64,000 bases of DNA from Trichosphaerium sp. ATCC 40318 (lineage: Eukaryota > Protista > Tubulinea), in contig JALMLS010000065.1 of assembly GCA_038496445.1 (NCBI GenBank), forward strand, positions 124,001 to 188,000, given 5' to 3'. Shown piece by piece: positions 35,280-50,219 of the stretch; the stretch's first letter is position 1; every line of letters starts with the position of its first letter. The position numbers and the translations under genes are program-made. The notes beneath the pieces are model-generated. The model did not search any database, was not told where the DNA came from, and worked only from the letters and a program-made list of their open reading frames with translations.

Positions 35280-37352
35280 TTACGGTTGCCATTCTCTGAA
35301 GAAACTTATGACACTGATATCTGAAGGTGTCAAGCGTTTGGCTGTGTTCACAAAATTATCGCCTAAGGGGAGACGTTAACAGTTAAAGAGGTACTAAAGA
35401 AAACGGAATGAACTCACCTGCACTACACCTTGAACAATGTTGCCACACGGCAATAGCTGTCACTACTGGAACGGAATCTGGGCCATGATAATGATACAAA
35501 GCAGATCCACTATGTCCACCATTCATGTCACAATTTGTTCTTACAATCTAGTAAATATAAGTACACACAGCATTTGAAAGTTGAGCTGCTAACTTACCCT
35601 GTTCCATCCATTTGCTATGGAGCTATATTGACTAAGTTCACACTCTTTGATATCTCCATACAAAGCGCCATCAACACATGTTGGCGATGGTGAATTGGCT
35701 GCACCACATACAGGATATCCTCTGTTGTAATGATACAAACTTCCCAAAGATGAAGCAGGTTTGGCGACATACCCTTAGCACAAATAGTTAGCAACAAAAT
35801 AAACATGTAGAAAGATGTACCCATCCATCCTGTAAGCTCTCCAATTCTATCTGGTAAGATAAGTATACCCCAGTCGTATGGTGAAGCAGCGTATCCGGAA
35901 ATAGCTGGATCTCTAACATAAATGTCAATAATTACCAAGAACGGTTTCAATATTGCATACCTCCATTCTACAGGTGTAAAATACCATCTAAATGGGTCAC
36001 CAGGTCCAATGTTTGCTGTGATTGTTGATTGCCCATATGGACGTGTGTTTGAATTGGAGTTTTCATTTCTACCGGGAATGACAGTAACAGTAAACCAGTT
36101 GTTTGTTCCTTGAGCAGTGATACAGTGTGCTATTCACAAAGTTAAATCGAGAGGTTTTAATATGAGTGCTGTTTAAAAGAATACCTGCTGTGAGAACGTG
36201 TCTTGGTCCAATGAGAGTACCAGTACAACTTCCAAAGTCGGATATTGTTCTAAACCAATGTGAGTTCAAAAAGTACGTCAAAATAAAACTTGTTGTACCT
36301 CCAAGGCCATTGTGTTGTTGGTTCTCTAAGAACTCTGGAATCATCTGCATTGCTCCATCCTCGTTTTGTTGGTGCATCATTTTCATACGAAGGTACTGCA
36401 CGCGATTTCTATACTATGTTAGCGATACACCAAATATAAAGACTAAAGTAGTATTACATACAATAGCGCCAGTCAATCCATTTCTCATACGATTTATTTT
36501 TTCAAACAAGTTCGATCCAACTTCAATCTCCCACTCAACCTTTGTCCCTAAATTATGTTGTTAGGCTTAAAAGGGTATTGAATCAATAATAGATACTTGT
36601 ACGTACCAGAGTTAAAAGCAAGCATTCTTGTTTTACGTTGTAAGTCTGTCTTGTCTACAAAGGGGTTTGTTAGAAGACGTAAATAGCAAACAATATAAGC
36701 CAATACCTGTTTCTGTTCTACCATCTGTCGCTGTACTATCAAAAGCATCGGTCTCGCCTGTTGGCATTTCAATACGTTTATCAACTAGTTTCCCCATGCC
36801 AACAGGAGTAGCCTAAGAAAAATTAGGTAACCGAACACTCAAAAGTAAAAGGAGCATACAATCAAGTCGTCTGTAATTCTGATTGGTTCGTTATCTTTTG
36901 GCACAATGTTATCAAGAATACTAGATAGTTTCCCAAGACCCAAGGTATCGCAGCTACACTCGCAATCGCATATAGTTCGAACAGGATACGGTACTGTAGG
37001 GACATTGTTTGCATCAAAACAAACTTCCTTGCCATCAATTTTTGTATCTCCAATTGCGATTTGATGCAAATACAAACGGCGTATACTACAAGTGCCAAGG
37101 GTACCGACAATGATATTCGTGCATGAAGTGGCAAGAGATGAGTCACAAACACTTTGACATTTCGATACAGCCATCTCTCTTACATTTTGTAATGCTCCTT
37201 CCTACGAAACAATTAAAGGGAAGATTTAAACAATCTCTATTATTTACCAATATGCATCCGTAAGTTTTCGCTGTTACACGATGGCCTTGCGAGTATGCAC
37301 TTTGTGAATAGAGAGATAGTATTAAGAACGTTGCTAATATTACCAAACGCAT
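35280..37352 (-). CDS. Secreted trypsin-like (V8-type) serine protease with Cys-rich N-terminal domain, copy 2
   Basis: Signal peptide MRLVILATFLILSLYSQSAYS; triad motifs LTAAHC, YDWGIL, CDMNGGHSGSA. Confidence 0.85.
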
Positions 37353-38324
37353 CAAGAAACGTGTTGTTTTGCTTGTTTTGCTTTTGAAAAATATTTTGGT
37401 GGCGTCAGATGGATTTTCACGTGAAAAAAGTTGCGTCATGTGCGTTCACTGTATGTGTTTATTGGACTTCAAATTGGGATTTGCTTGATGGGCTTCTTGA
37501 TGATGTGGCTTCACGTTGTCAGGGCGCCAACTTTTTGCCAATTGCGGCTTCTGGTTTGTGCGCCACTTCCTTTTCTGTTAAATCTCGTATTTCTTGCGGG
37601 GAACTTCTGTTTGGGTTTTTTCGGAGGCTATTGATTCTTATGGGCTACAAGTAAACGCATGACAAAAAACATGGGTCTTACGTTTCGATCAAAAACCAAT
37701 ACTTGCGCCATATAAATTAAATATATATATGTATATTATTATTATAATAATATTCACTTAAATTCTGCTTTATCTTGTGAATTAATTCAATTAAAACCTA
37801 CCTGACCATGCTCGCTCGCATGTAAGATCCCTCCAAGTGGCACCCAACTTCGAAGCGCATTAAAACACAGTTATTTACACTAGTTTTATTCTAACCTGTA
37901 TTTATGGGTCTTGGCATGCCGTTTCGGAGGTGAAGCGTTATTCTATTGTTAACTTGGCCTTTCGTTGTTTAAAGAGACAATTGCTCTTCTTTTTCCACGT
38001 CATTATACTTCTACAGGCTTTCATCTACGGTCAAGGTTAATCTGCTTGTCTTCACAACAGTCGAAGAGATTTGACATTTCATCTTTCTAGTACGTACCTC
38101 CGTCATACAGCTAAGTGTCCAGACCACTGCCTACGTAAAACCTTCGGCAACGGGCACTGCACAACTAAAATACTCAAGTTCAAATTAATGGTATATTTCA
38201 GCAAGTGTTTTGTTCTCAACATTTATTAATTTTACTTGTCTTTACATGAACTACCAATGGTTGTCATTACTCCGAAAGAACAGAATCTACCAGGAGGCCC
38301 ACAAGGGAGTCGAACCCATTGTCT

Positions 38325-41300
38325 CTAAGAACAGCCATTGCAATCTTCAAAAATAAGATTCTGTTCCTTAAAATTAACAAAAACACCGTTGTTATGATAA
38401 AAAGAGCATTCTGGGTATAACTTTATACTCGCTGCCTTAAGCTCTAGTTTACGATAATCCCAAATACGCCAAGTATCACCTAAATAGTATCCTCCAAACA
38501 CAGCCATCTCTGTATCAGAATAATAAGAAATTCTGGATATCTGCATGTTAACTGTTTTAGTAGGCTTGGAAGTCTTTCTTTCATCGTAAAGTGACAATGA
38601 ATTGGTTCTATGTACTACTATGTTATATTCATCAAACATATGTAAGGATACAAGGCTTTTAATATTAACACTCTTTTGCCACTTCCAATCTCGTCTGTCA
38701 GCAACCATAAGGTGTGTTGATCCCTTAACAAGTTTGATGTAAGATGGATGGTTTTTTTTTAGCACATAGATTACTCTTGGCCGTACATTGTAGTAAATGC
38801 TAGTATCACTTAGATTTATACTCTCACTGTACCCAGCCATTCTATACTGTTCACTGTAGGAAAATGAGCGAACCAACTGTTCTGCTTCAATATCATAAAT
38901 GTTCATAGTTCGATTCTTCCCTAAAGCAAAGATTAGGTTTGTTGTAGCCAAGTGATGTTTAAAAATAACGTACAATAAGTCCTTAAAAGTGTGTTATCGA
39001 GCGCACACACTTGATCTGTTGGCTTTGCGTCAAGGTTGAAGTAGCGAGTTTTTTTCCTGTCCTTGGATCAACCCAAACGCATTCAGCTCCATTACAATCA
39101 AAAGCCATTATGGAGGTTCCACGCTTACATAATCGATACTGTGAGTTGGAGGACTTGGTTAAATAACGTTCTAGCTTAGTTGCTAGCAAAAGGACAATAA
39201 GGTCAAAGAGGAACATAAATAGTTTATAAGGTACCCGAGCCGTCTTGCGTGTTATATATGTATGGAAGTTTTCCTGGTGTAGCCAATGAAGGAGATACAT
39301 GTATGAACCCACCTAGTCCTTGAATCTTGTATACATTGGTTGCAAAGTCAGATACTTCTAATTGTTTTGTGCATATCCCTCTTGACATGTTTAAATATCT
39401 AGCATCACGAAAAGAACATTCTTTAAAGAAGGTACTACTGATAATACCAGTATATCCAATTTTCCTTTTCATCATTTTTTTCCAAAGATAGTCATCTAAA
39501 TTTAGCAACAATCAGTAAAATCACGTGATCATCAATATTATGAAAATGGAGAATAAAATCACAAGCTCAATTTCTTTCATTGATGCCATTAATTACAGTT
39601 GCTTGGTCATAAGTTACCCGTTTTTACGTTTGGTGTATTTCAGTAGTGTTCAAAATCGTACCTGAAGCTATGTGGTGCATTCGTTTGTTAACAAATGACA
39701 ATCGAGCAAGATCAACCATGCTTAAGTGTGAGGATATGGTTTCCCACACCAAAGATGGAATGTCTTGAAGTGGCATACCAATGTCTGGTGCTTCAATACT
39801 CAGCTTAGGATGCTTGATACCGGTAATATAGAGTCCTAGAAATACTATCTGTCAACGCCAAAATACCAATAATAATAAAACAAACCTTGGCGAAGCTTGG
39901 TCAGCTTTTCGAAGTGACGTTGTTCTTCAGCAGATAATGAACTACGTTTAGATTAACCATTATAATATGTATGTGTTCCTACCTTGTGTCACACTTGCGC
40001 GGAAAAGGTGTTCTTTGCCAAACAAAGACAGCTATAGCATTATCTCTTAGAACAGAAAGTTAGCTCAAACAAGTAAATTTTGTTCTTCATATGTGCCTTA
40101 CGTTGAGGAGGTCAGTTGTGATGCAAGCGAAGCGTCAGGAAATACAATGTCATTGAAATACTTTGAAAGAACCTTCATTGGCCATCTGAAACTCGGAGCG
40201 CTAAATAAAGGGAGTAAGATAGAACTATTTCAGTACAATTTTCTTGTTTTTTTCCTACCTCAATACACATTTCTCAATAATCTCAAAAACGAAAGCATTG
40301 TTGGTTAGTTCTATCCCATGTTTACATATAAATTCAAGCAATTCAATGCTATTAAGCATATGTGTATCCAATTTCAAGAGTACTTGGAGGTCACGGCTAA
40401 AGTGAAGTAACCAGAAAATCGTGATACTCAGTTTTTGGCATGAATTGGTGTTTCTCATTTAACTTGTGACGTACTGACTAGGTTTGTACTTCTTTGTAGA
40501 AACAATGTGTTCAAATACATGTATAAGATACCAAACTCTTGGATTGTTACCCTGATAACATGCCAAAAAGGATATACTGTCATATATTTCAAGCTCGTTG
40601 ATGATGTACTCAGGCAATTTCATACCTTTGTTGGTGACAGAATTAATAAGGAAACTAGGTTCACAGGAAGTCAAGACATCAATGGCATGTCTTGTACGAT
40701 GGCTAGTATGGCTTTTTTAAGTTCAGTTTCAACCAAATGAAATAATGGCATGTTACCTCATTGGACATAAGCACTTGCAAGATATCACGTGCTTACACTA
40801 GAAACATTCCTTCAGAATTTTTTGCATAGAAATCAACACCTCTTTTTTTCATAATCTTCAAGATGTCGATACTTATTATAGGTCTGAATGGAGCAACCAA
40901 TAGTATATGCAATAAAATATGGTCCGACAATAGCTTAGAAATGTCGTCGTCACTAGCTTCAAGAACTTCCCTAATATTCAAATAAATACAAGACTTGTAT
41001 TCTCCTAACAAAAGGTGAATATACCTGGCTAGCTTAGCGGAGGTAGAAGAGCAAGCAAACTTTAAAAATGATCTCGAAGGCTTAAATCCTTTTTTTGAAA
41101 TGCAAATGTGGAGAATCCTAGCAAGACGATTACTTTGTCATATTAACGGCTTGATGTTGCATGAAATTACGTCAAATATACGAGATTGAGAAATATGTAT
41201 AAGAGTTCATGAGAACTCCTTAAGAATAGCACTGCAGCTATTCATAACAACTTTTTAGCAGACATTTAATACTTACTTCACCAACGGCCATTCGCGTTTC

Positions 41301-41699
41301 ATTCGATAGGGTCTCGTATGCTTGTATGCGTCATTGAGATGAAGAATATGCTCCATTAGAGGCTCTAAACAAATGTTACAGTAGAGTCAATGTAACGCGT
41401 TACACTCTGAACCTAGTTTTTCGCTTGTAATAACTTGTACAAAGCGTTTGAGCGCTTTTTTGAGGTTGTTTTTAATAATAAAGTTGAATGCCGCTTTTTC
41501 TCTTAATAGAGTATTGCCTACGCAATGTTATAGTCTGTGTTAACGGTCTAAAGCATGCCCGTTTCATTATAGCTGTAAAATAGAATCAGATGCTCAATAA
41601 CGCCGTTAACGTCTTTAACATCACTAGAATGGTTACGAAACGTTATTTTACTTGATTAACTCACCTTAAAGACCTTCGTTTCTCCTCCTTATTACTCAT
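38325..41699 (-). CDS. Large protein with ankyrin-like N-terminus, internal F-box and WD40-like C-terminus
   Basis: F-box LQDIPSLVWETISSHLSMVDLARLSFVNKRMH; TMNIYDIE and WRIWDYR beta-propeller-like motifs; exons at 40180-39660 splice in frame, other junctions not all checked. Confidence 0.55.
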
Positions 41700-41979
41700 G
41701 GATCATTTCTTGCTGTTGGTGATGTTAAAAAACGGTTCAAAAACTAAGGCAGACTTAACTGAAAGTGAAAATGTCGAAATTTCTACTGTTTTGGCATTGT
41801 CAGCAAGTGTAGTTCCCTATTACTGTAACGCTCAAAGCACTTTATTCTCAATCACTGATATTAACCATCGCGTTGAAGATGATACTGTATCCATCACTTA
41901 CTTGATAAAACAGAACAATTAGCCACAGCGTTGGCCACAATATTGAAAAAAAGCATTTAAACTGTGTTCAAAAAATATT

Positions 41980-43438
41980 TTATTTAGCTACATCTCTTAG
42001 TGCTTTTGAGGCTCCTTCAAGGCCTTTAATAAGATCATCAAGTTTGGGATAACCAAATCCAATACGAAAGGTCCTCTTAGGTGCATAGAACCACTCGCCT
42101 TGTGCAACAAGTGTTTTGTATTTTTTAAGTAAAATATCATAAAACACAGACACTTTATCATCTGGGATACTTTCCTTCAATCGCACTGTAGCTAAAGCCC
42201 CTGCCATTGGAACAATCTAGACAATGAGTTACAACAATGAAATTAATTTAAGCTAAAGAACTGCAGTACCCATTCAACGTATTCTTCCTCCTTTTGGATC
42301 CATTCTTTTAGTACTTTCAATGCTGCATCCAAAGTTGTTTGTACTTTTTCTGATATTTCCTTTCTTTTTTTGATGACTTGAAGGCCAATGTACTCATCCA
42401 ATGTACCATTACAAACCCATATATTTTGTTTTGCTTTTATGAGCTTATTCATTAACGGTACGTTTCTGGTAATTAGCCAGCCGAGGCCTAAAAGAAAAAA
42501 ATGAGAACGCGCTCAGGTGCTAGTTTTTCTCAACGTACGGGCACCAGGAGCGCCCATACCTTTACTCATGGATGTTGTAGTGACTATATTATCGCATAGA
42601 GATGCTGCAGTTGGCGGAGGGATAGGAGAACAAGAGTACCTACTGTATCGGTATGTCTAATGCAAAGAAGATTAGCATATGTATTTTTGACAGTTAAACG
42701 CTTGTACCTCATCAACAATGATAACAGCTTCTGGTGATTTACTTCTAACGGCTTCAGAAATTTCTATTAGTTTATCAGGGGTGATCTCTCTTGCTGATGG
42801 ATTATGAGGTGATGTGATAGAAACAAGTTTCGTATTGCTATCAACCATTTTTTCTAATGTTTTTACATCTAACTCAAAACCTTTGTCAAAATCAAGGCCC
42901 AGAAACTTTATGTTGGCGCCCAAACCCTTCAACACGTCGATGGATGTTGGGTAATTGGGTGAAACTATCAAAGCATCTTCTCCTTTCTTTACAACTGAGA
43001 ACGCAATGATAAAAAGCGAACTAGCAGCTCCAACTGTAATTAGCACGTTTTCTGGCGAAATATCCTTTCTAACACTTGATTCTTGACATGTAACGTTCGT
43101 ATCATGCGCAATAGCCTTTCTTAAGTCTTCCAGACCCCTTGAACTCCCTTTTAACACCATCAGTAACTTTCCAAAGTAAAACTCTTGTTTTTTTTGAAAA
43201 AACGAGAAAAAGAGCACGTGCCATAGTCTAGAGGTATTTTCATAAGGTGAGAGATGCTTTCTTTATCAGGTAGTAAATCTGTTAGCGTAATAACTGGACA
43301 AGTGCTAAAACAAAGTTATTACCATTGAGGCATGCCTAAAACCGCGTAAAGCCTTTACCTTTCACCAAGATTGAAATCTACATCTTCTTCGTTTATGTCA
43401 AGAAGTTGAGCGTAAATGGGATTATCAGGGAACTCCAT
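41980..43438 (-). CDS. PLP-dependent aminotransferase, class I/II
   Basis: FNLGE, YGSSRGLEDLRKAIA, ITSPHNPS, IIVDE.YR, SMSKGMGAPG.GW (PLP-binding Lys), FRIGFG. Confidence 0.9.
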
Positions 43439-44080
43439 AAGATGAATAACTAGCTGTCGTTCTATTGCTTTTGGTCAACGAATTGCGAGTGTTCAGAAAC
43501 AACCAGAATGGTTTTGACTTTAAACTCAATGAATTCATCTAGTCACAGTGTTCATGAAAACAGATGTTTATATCGTCTGCCATTTTGTTTTATGAAACTC
43601 CTTAAGCTAAACTTGATAAATTTCGCAGGTTGGCGCTCCAACGACGAATTCAACTAACCATCTTCGAGCTACTAAGAGCACGAGCTTAGTGAGAACTTGA
43701 GTGTACCAAGTTAAGGGTGGACATCCACCCTTAATTCAATCACAAAGAATGTGCTCCGTCCTTTGCGAACAGCTTGTCGCTCATGAGAAACTATTTTTAT
43801 ATTACTGTCAATAAAGCTGAGGTACATTTACAAGTGACAGTCTTGTCGCAATCCAAATTAAGCTCAATTTTATCACAGGGTTACTATTGACTCTGTTGTC
43901 ATTGAGGCATATTACTGTCATTGCTATTTGGAGTGAGACAAGAGTTCCATGAGCCAACATAAAAAAGGTGAGGCAGCTATTTATTGTACAAGCGAGGTCT
44001 TCATAACCTCAGATCACCAATTTTGCAGTGATGATCGGTTTGATGAAGTAATCTTATGCCACCCCATTTTCCGCTTAACT

Positions 44081-46237
44081 CTACACTATTATCTCAAAGT
44101 AGTTACCAGGTACTAAACCTTTCTTTCCATCTAACTCAGCTAACCACCAACCGCGATCAGGATCATGCTAATCAAGAAAAAAGTGAGATAAACTTAGATG
44201 TAATAAAATTAAAAATTTTAGACTTTGTCCATAGCTAGCGTACGTCTAATAATGTTACAAGAGCTCCAGCTTCTACACTAAGTTCTTTATGATTACCAGC
44301 CTCAAATTTATACTTTGCTTTAGCAAGAGGCTTATGTAACTCCGTCACAGAATCCAACATTTTACAAAAATTACCAGGAACTAGTCCTTTCTTTCCTTCT
44401 CGCTCTACGAGCCACCATTCTCCTTCTAAAAAAAGAAGTATTAATCAAGCATAGCGTCAATAGATGGGAGGTATCAAACACTTACGTATTTTATGAAGAA
44501 TCATTGTATCACCTTTACTGAAGTCTGGTAAAAAGTAACTTAGTAAACAAGCTTAAATTAATCACTTGCTCACCTATCTCTTTATCGTTCGCTGCTTTGA
44601 AATCGTAGTTGCCTACAACATACTGTATCTTTGGCTCTGTAGGAGCATCTTCAGCTCCTTCTGCAACGAATTCCATGTACTCAGTAGGTACAAGTCCTTG
44701 AACACCTTCTTTATTCTTAGCTAAAACCCAAGTACCCTAGAAAACCAACTTAACAACTCACAGGTCTAAAAACCGCTGTACCTTTTCTTGCAGAATAACA
44801 AATGGCTCTCCTTTCGTGCAAGACAGCTCCTGGGCTTCAGCAGCATTAAAAGCATACTTTGCTTTTGCTCTATAAGGCATTTCATGCTTAGATGTAGGTA
44901 GCTGTGGAAGTAGTGCTCTTCTACTTTCTGATGTAGGAGGGTACTCTACTTTGCGTTTCGGGCTTGTAACTTTCTCTGGCTCGACGCTACTGGCTCTTAC
45001 AGGGTTATTAACCTCTTTTGAAGCCGGTAGCACTGCAAAGTATGATGCTTGCGTTGAAGGTTGTGCTCCAGTAATTGTTTTAGGACCACCTGTCTTTGTT
45101 GCTAGTATTTCGTATAACTCTGCTGCTTCTACTGGTTGTTTCACTGACCCGTTGAGCAAATTCTTTGCGTCAACTTTTTGACCATATAATTTCTTGTTGG
45201 CATCCTTTCTTGTTACGATCTAAAATAATCAAATAAGAAAACGAAGAAAGAACTTGATTTTTTTTTCAAAAAAAACTTTCAACCCAAAAAAAGAAGTGTA
45301 AAAGAATGGACACTATCTGAATTTTCAAGTTTTCATGTCGCGTATATAGACGTACTACTGTTCCTTCTAGCGAAATACCAGCAAATAGACCACCTTCATT
45401 ATGTTAGTAGAATTCTACATTTCTATCTTTGTGACTCACCTGTTCTGCTATAACTGTAAACAGCTGCTACTTCCTTTGATATTAGAGCGTCTCCCTCAGC
45501 CTGTCTTCCAACAGGACCAGCTGCAACGCTTAAATTACCACCAAGGGCAACGTTTCCTCCACGTGTAAAAGCATCAACAGCTCTAACAATTCGTTAAAAT
45601 AACAAAGACGCCAACAAATTAATCAAAAAAAAAATCGAACTTGTCGTTGTTTAAGACCATAAGGAAGTCTGTTATCTCTGCTCCTATTTGAAAACCAACG
45701 CCCATACCACCTGTACCGATACATGAAGGCGCTGACCATGCTAGTTACGGAGATAAGTGAAAAAAACACCACAAACTTTTGGCTTTTTCCGCCGAAAAAG
45801 CGTATTTGGAATACGTACTACCGTCTCCTAATCGCGCAATAACTAGTCCTGAGCCTACATTGATTGTAAACGCACAAAAAAAGAAGTGAACTGTAGGTCT
45901 ACAAATACGCTTACCCAGGCGTCCAGACCATACAAATCCAGCCTTTACTATCGTGAGAATAGCCAGACCTGTAATTGGTTAGTTTTTGTAGTAAAACGGT
46001 ATTTTTTTTCACTACGCGCCTTTACAATCATCCAGGATATGCGGTGGCACCAAGTACTTATCTACGCCCTTATATTTGGACCCTTTCTCATCAGTTGTGT
46101 TCAAGAAATACGACAAGGTCTTTACAGCTTTTTTGCACTCCCCAGAAAGGCTACTAAATGTCAGTACACCAGATTAGCGTTTAAATGCATCAAAACCTCT
46201 TTGGGAGTGGATTATTTACTTTAAAATACTTTGTCAT
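44081..46237 (-). CDS. SH3YL1/Ysc84-like protein (SYLF domain plus three SH3 domains)
   Basis: NNPLPKSSLSGECKKA, GSGLVIARL..WSAPSCIGTGGMGVGFQIGAEITDF, LGGNLSVAAGPVGRQAE; three SH3 domains with GLVP.NF/Y. Confidence 0.9.
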
Positions 46238-46569
46238 AGCGTAAAGTTGACACCACCAACGCGTAAGTTAATCTCAAAGCCTTAAAAGATAATCAGTGAA
46301 TTGCACTAAGCCAACAATACAGTTGACAGGTAAAATACACGTGTAGAAATTGTGTCAGATATAGTTATAGCGCTTCTTTGAGAGAGTTTATTAAATTTAA
46401 ACAATACTCTGGGGCTGCAGTTTAGCAGGTGTGAGGATCTTTGCCTATAAAGTTAAGCACTGTACTTGACCATGGATCCAAAGTAAAACTACATCGAACA
46501 ATAGCATTATCAGCAAGTGATTTATACAATCTATTGGTTCTTAGCCATTATTTATACAAGCCAAACCTC

Positions 46570-49500
46570 TTAGTACCTTCCACGTATATCTACTGTGCGA
46601 GTGGCATCTCTAGGGTTAGCAAAGAGCTCCTACAATAAACGTTTTAGAGCAAGCAGAAAAAAAACTTGTGCCTCAGTTGGTTCGGTTTGTTTTACTGTCG
46701 CAGGCCACACATGCACGTTCTTTAACCACACTGGAGAGGAATTTTTATCTAGCTGAAATTGTATTCTAGCTGAGGTATCCGAAGAATCCGCATAAAAGGC
46801 TGCAGACCTAGAGCTTGGAGTGCTTCCTAAAGAATACCAACTGCAAAAATTTAAAAAAAGAAACCTTGAGGAACTTCTGTTTCACCTACGTTGGAGATCC
46901 GTATGTTTTCCATGGAGGGTGATCTTGCATCAACTGTAAAGAAACATATCCACCAGAATCACTTGAGCCAGTAAAGTTCACGTAATAAGTAACACCTAGC
47001 ATAGCGTTACTTCTTTCTGAAATGAAAACAGCAAGGATTGCTGCAGAGGTCGCACCCTCTTGAATTGGAAAGCCATTAGGATACAGCTCTCCTTGAGTAG
47101 TAGTGCTAACTTGAAACTTTGCACTACCTCCCATACGCTGGGTATCAAAACTGACTGAATCTCCACTTGGCCATGTGTACCTTGCAATGCTAAGAACATT
47201 TTCGAATAAAAAATCTAAATACCGTACCATCCGTCAACATTTTTGTCAAGATGATTTTCTATTTTGTCAGGACCGTTTAATGATACTAGGGTGTACGGAG
47301 AACGTCGATTTTCTGCTACACGAGCTGAAGGATCTCCAAACTTGTCCTTTTTCCATCTGGGCTACTTTTAGTATTGTAAAGAAAATCGTTTTAGAACGTA
47401 CTCAGTTAACGATACAGGTGTCATACCTTGTCCACCACCGTAATCTTGACGTATTACGACAATATCACTATATGGATTATAGTATAAGTTATCATCAAAC
47501 TTTCCCCAGGCCCATTCGGTGGCTAGATAAGTCAATCAACATGTTGGCTTGTATTTTGTTTTTGTCAACTGGTTTTTCTTCATTACGTACACTTTGCAGC
47601 AGAGGTTTCGCCAGCGCTCACTTGCGAATCTTCCTAAAACATACTTGAACAATCAAAGTATTGTTTTTTTTATAGTGGCTTACTAGACTGACAAGAATAT
47701 TTTTAGAAATTGTATTATTTGAAATTAGTTCTGTTTCTTGTTCCTGTGCTTTAAACAAATAATACGTGCAGTTATAAGCAATATTATTTTGCATAATATG
47801 TCCATGTCCTCTAGTAGGTAAATTAAGTTGATAAAAGAAATTAACAAGTGACAAACTCGAATTACTATTCAAACACGTGATTCAAAGAAAAAAAAAACTA
47901 AAACGTAATATGTGCAACTTACCCGTGTATGAATAAACCATTATCATTACTATTTGCTACTGTATTATTGTATACTAGTATATTACTAGCTAGGTCATCC
48001 AAGTAAATCAGCTTAAAAACAACGTTCAGCCAAAACAACGAATTGAAAATTCAATCAAAATCATAAATTGAAGAAAAGGAGTATCAAGTCATTTTGTAAC
48101 ATAAAGAGCAGAACGCACTGAGCATCTATGATAGTTTGCAGACGGAGGAGTACTTGAGTGGTTTCCTAAGTGATTTTGTAAGCTTTGGTTCTTTGAACGA
48201 ATAGCTAAACTTCATGTGGTACCATAACAGTTAAACACAAAGTTGTGATGCACAGAATGTCCCGTAGTTGCAGTACCCCTAGGAGTAGTATTAGCTTTTA
48301 TTTTAAAACTTATACTAATGTACAAACATCTTACCATGTGTAAATAGGACCACCATCGTTCATTATCATGATAGTATCTTTTAAGAAAATTATGAGAAAA
48401 ATAGTTTTAAACTAACATCAGATTACCCACCATTTACTTGATTATAAGCCACCTCATGACCAACACCGTCAAATCTGATACCAATATAACCAACGTTTAC
48501 TAACTTTCGTTACTCTTGCGGTGAATCATACTCAATCGTTTATTGTTTGATATGGTTGGATTAGTGAATCAAAAAGAAAAAAAAAGTACCAATACTATTA
48601 TATTTAATGCGGGCTTGTGAAGTTGCATCATCAGTTGTAATACCAATATACCCATTTGAACCACCTCCACCATAACCTTTTTTTAACTTTATGTCAGTTT
48701 AGTCAAAGTAGAAAAAGAATACCGGGAAACAAGCCCATATCGTGAATATAATTATGCCCAATGTAAGCGTTTTTTCCAGACAAGAGTTCGATACCTTTAA
48801 AAGTATGAGACATATGTAGTAACGAGTACTTCTACTCTTACCTCTTCCATTGACGTTTGTAATATTATTTAGCTCTATAGTAACATCATTACCGTCTATG
48901 TTAATTCCATGAACAGCTATAAACTGGAAAGTGCAACCTACATAAATATTATTCGTGTACTTTTTATGTCAAAACTTGTACCGCTGATCGTTGATGATGG
49001 TGCATTTGATAAAGCGATTCCATGTATATTATACCCTCTGAATTGCAATTTTCCTTGATACCATTTAACAATACTGATAACTTATTAAAAAAAAATACCT
49101 ATTTTAACATTTGAAACTCCTGTTCCTAACACTCCATAATCGTTTACTGGAATCTCCACATTGTGTGAAGACATGTCATATTTATTGTAAATATATAAGG
49201 TACTATCGGAAGAATCATAAAACCACTCTCCATCACTGTCTACAAGTTAAAAATCAGTACAAAAATACTTTTCCTATTTTTTTCTTGGTACCTAAGAATT
49301 CTTTTTTGTTGTCAAAGTAGAACCCGAATTCTTCTTTCATATGATTCACAATTGCAGATTGATCTATTTCTACCTGTATCCTCAAAGATAAGCGAGAATA
49401 GTACCAAGTGAATCAGTGACGTACAAATTTGTCTGTGTATGACTTAACTGTGAATATTTCATAAGACCAATCAGTTGTACGCGCTCTGACGGTTGAATTG

Positions 49501-50219
49501 GTAAAGTAACCGTCAGGTTGCGTCAAGTTAGAACTTGTGAACCCAGCGCCAGGTTTAATACCAGAGAATCTATACCACAAACCGGTATTTGGCTCTCTAC
49601 CTTTCCACTAAAGTAAAAAAACTGTTAAGTCCGGTTTTTAATGCCTCACGAACCTGCTGTTCGCCGTCCATTATTAATATCGCTGGTACGCTATTTGTCT
49701 TAGCGATCTTCGCACTCCAAACGTTCGGTGACGCCGTCTTTTGCCTAAAGAATTGTCGGTTAACGGCGAAGACGATAACTGTACCAGTTATTCACTGTCT
49801 TAGTGCCTATGATGGTAGGAAGACTCCCTATTACCATAAGTTCCGTCAAATAGTCTAAAACCGCTCACTGTACCTTCGCCGTAAGCACCAAATCTTGTTC
49901 TTTCATATTTAACGTTTAGTTGACCAAAAAACTTTTGGTTTGCTTTAAACAATACTTCGTCGCCTGCTTTTAGCTCCTGGGTGTTAACCTATTGTACAGA
50001 CGTTACATTAGCAGGGTGTTAAATGATTCTTAATACTTTTCTTAACGTACTCTTTCTATTGTCTTCCAAGGCGATGAAATAGAGCCAGAATTACTATCGT
50101 TACCTTTTAAACAACTTTTAAAACACTACCGCTTATGTCCTTGCATTACCTTCATTCGCAACATAGTAAATGCTACCATTAGCTATTGTAAATAGCGTAA
50201 ATAATATAAACAACCACAT
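46570..50219 (-). CDS. Large secreted right-handed beta-helix (pectin lyase-like) protein
   Basis: Signal peptide, IYYVANEG..SGSISSPWKTIE.VN..LKAGDEVLF, Asn/Ile-rich parallel beta-helix exons; could be two genes. Confidence 0.6.

Noticed and set aside
38295-38345. tRNA-like GGTTCGACTCCC (B-box/T-loop) on the minus strand
   Set aside because: No acceptor, D or anticodon arms; the upstream part is the coding end of the F-box/WD gene
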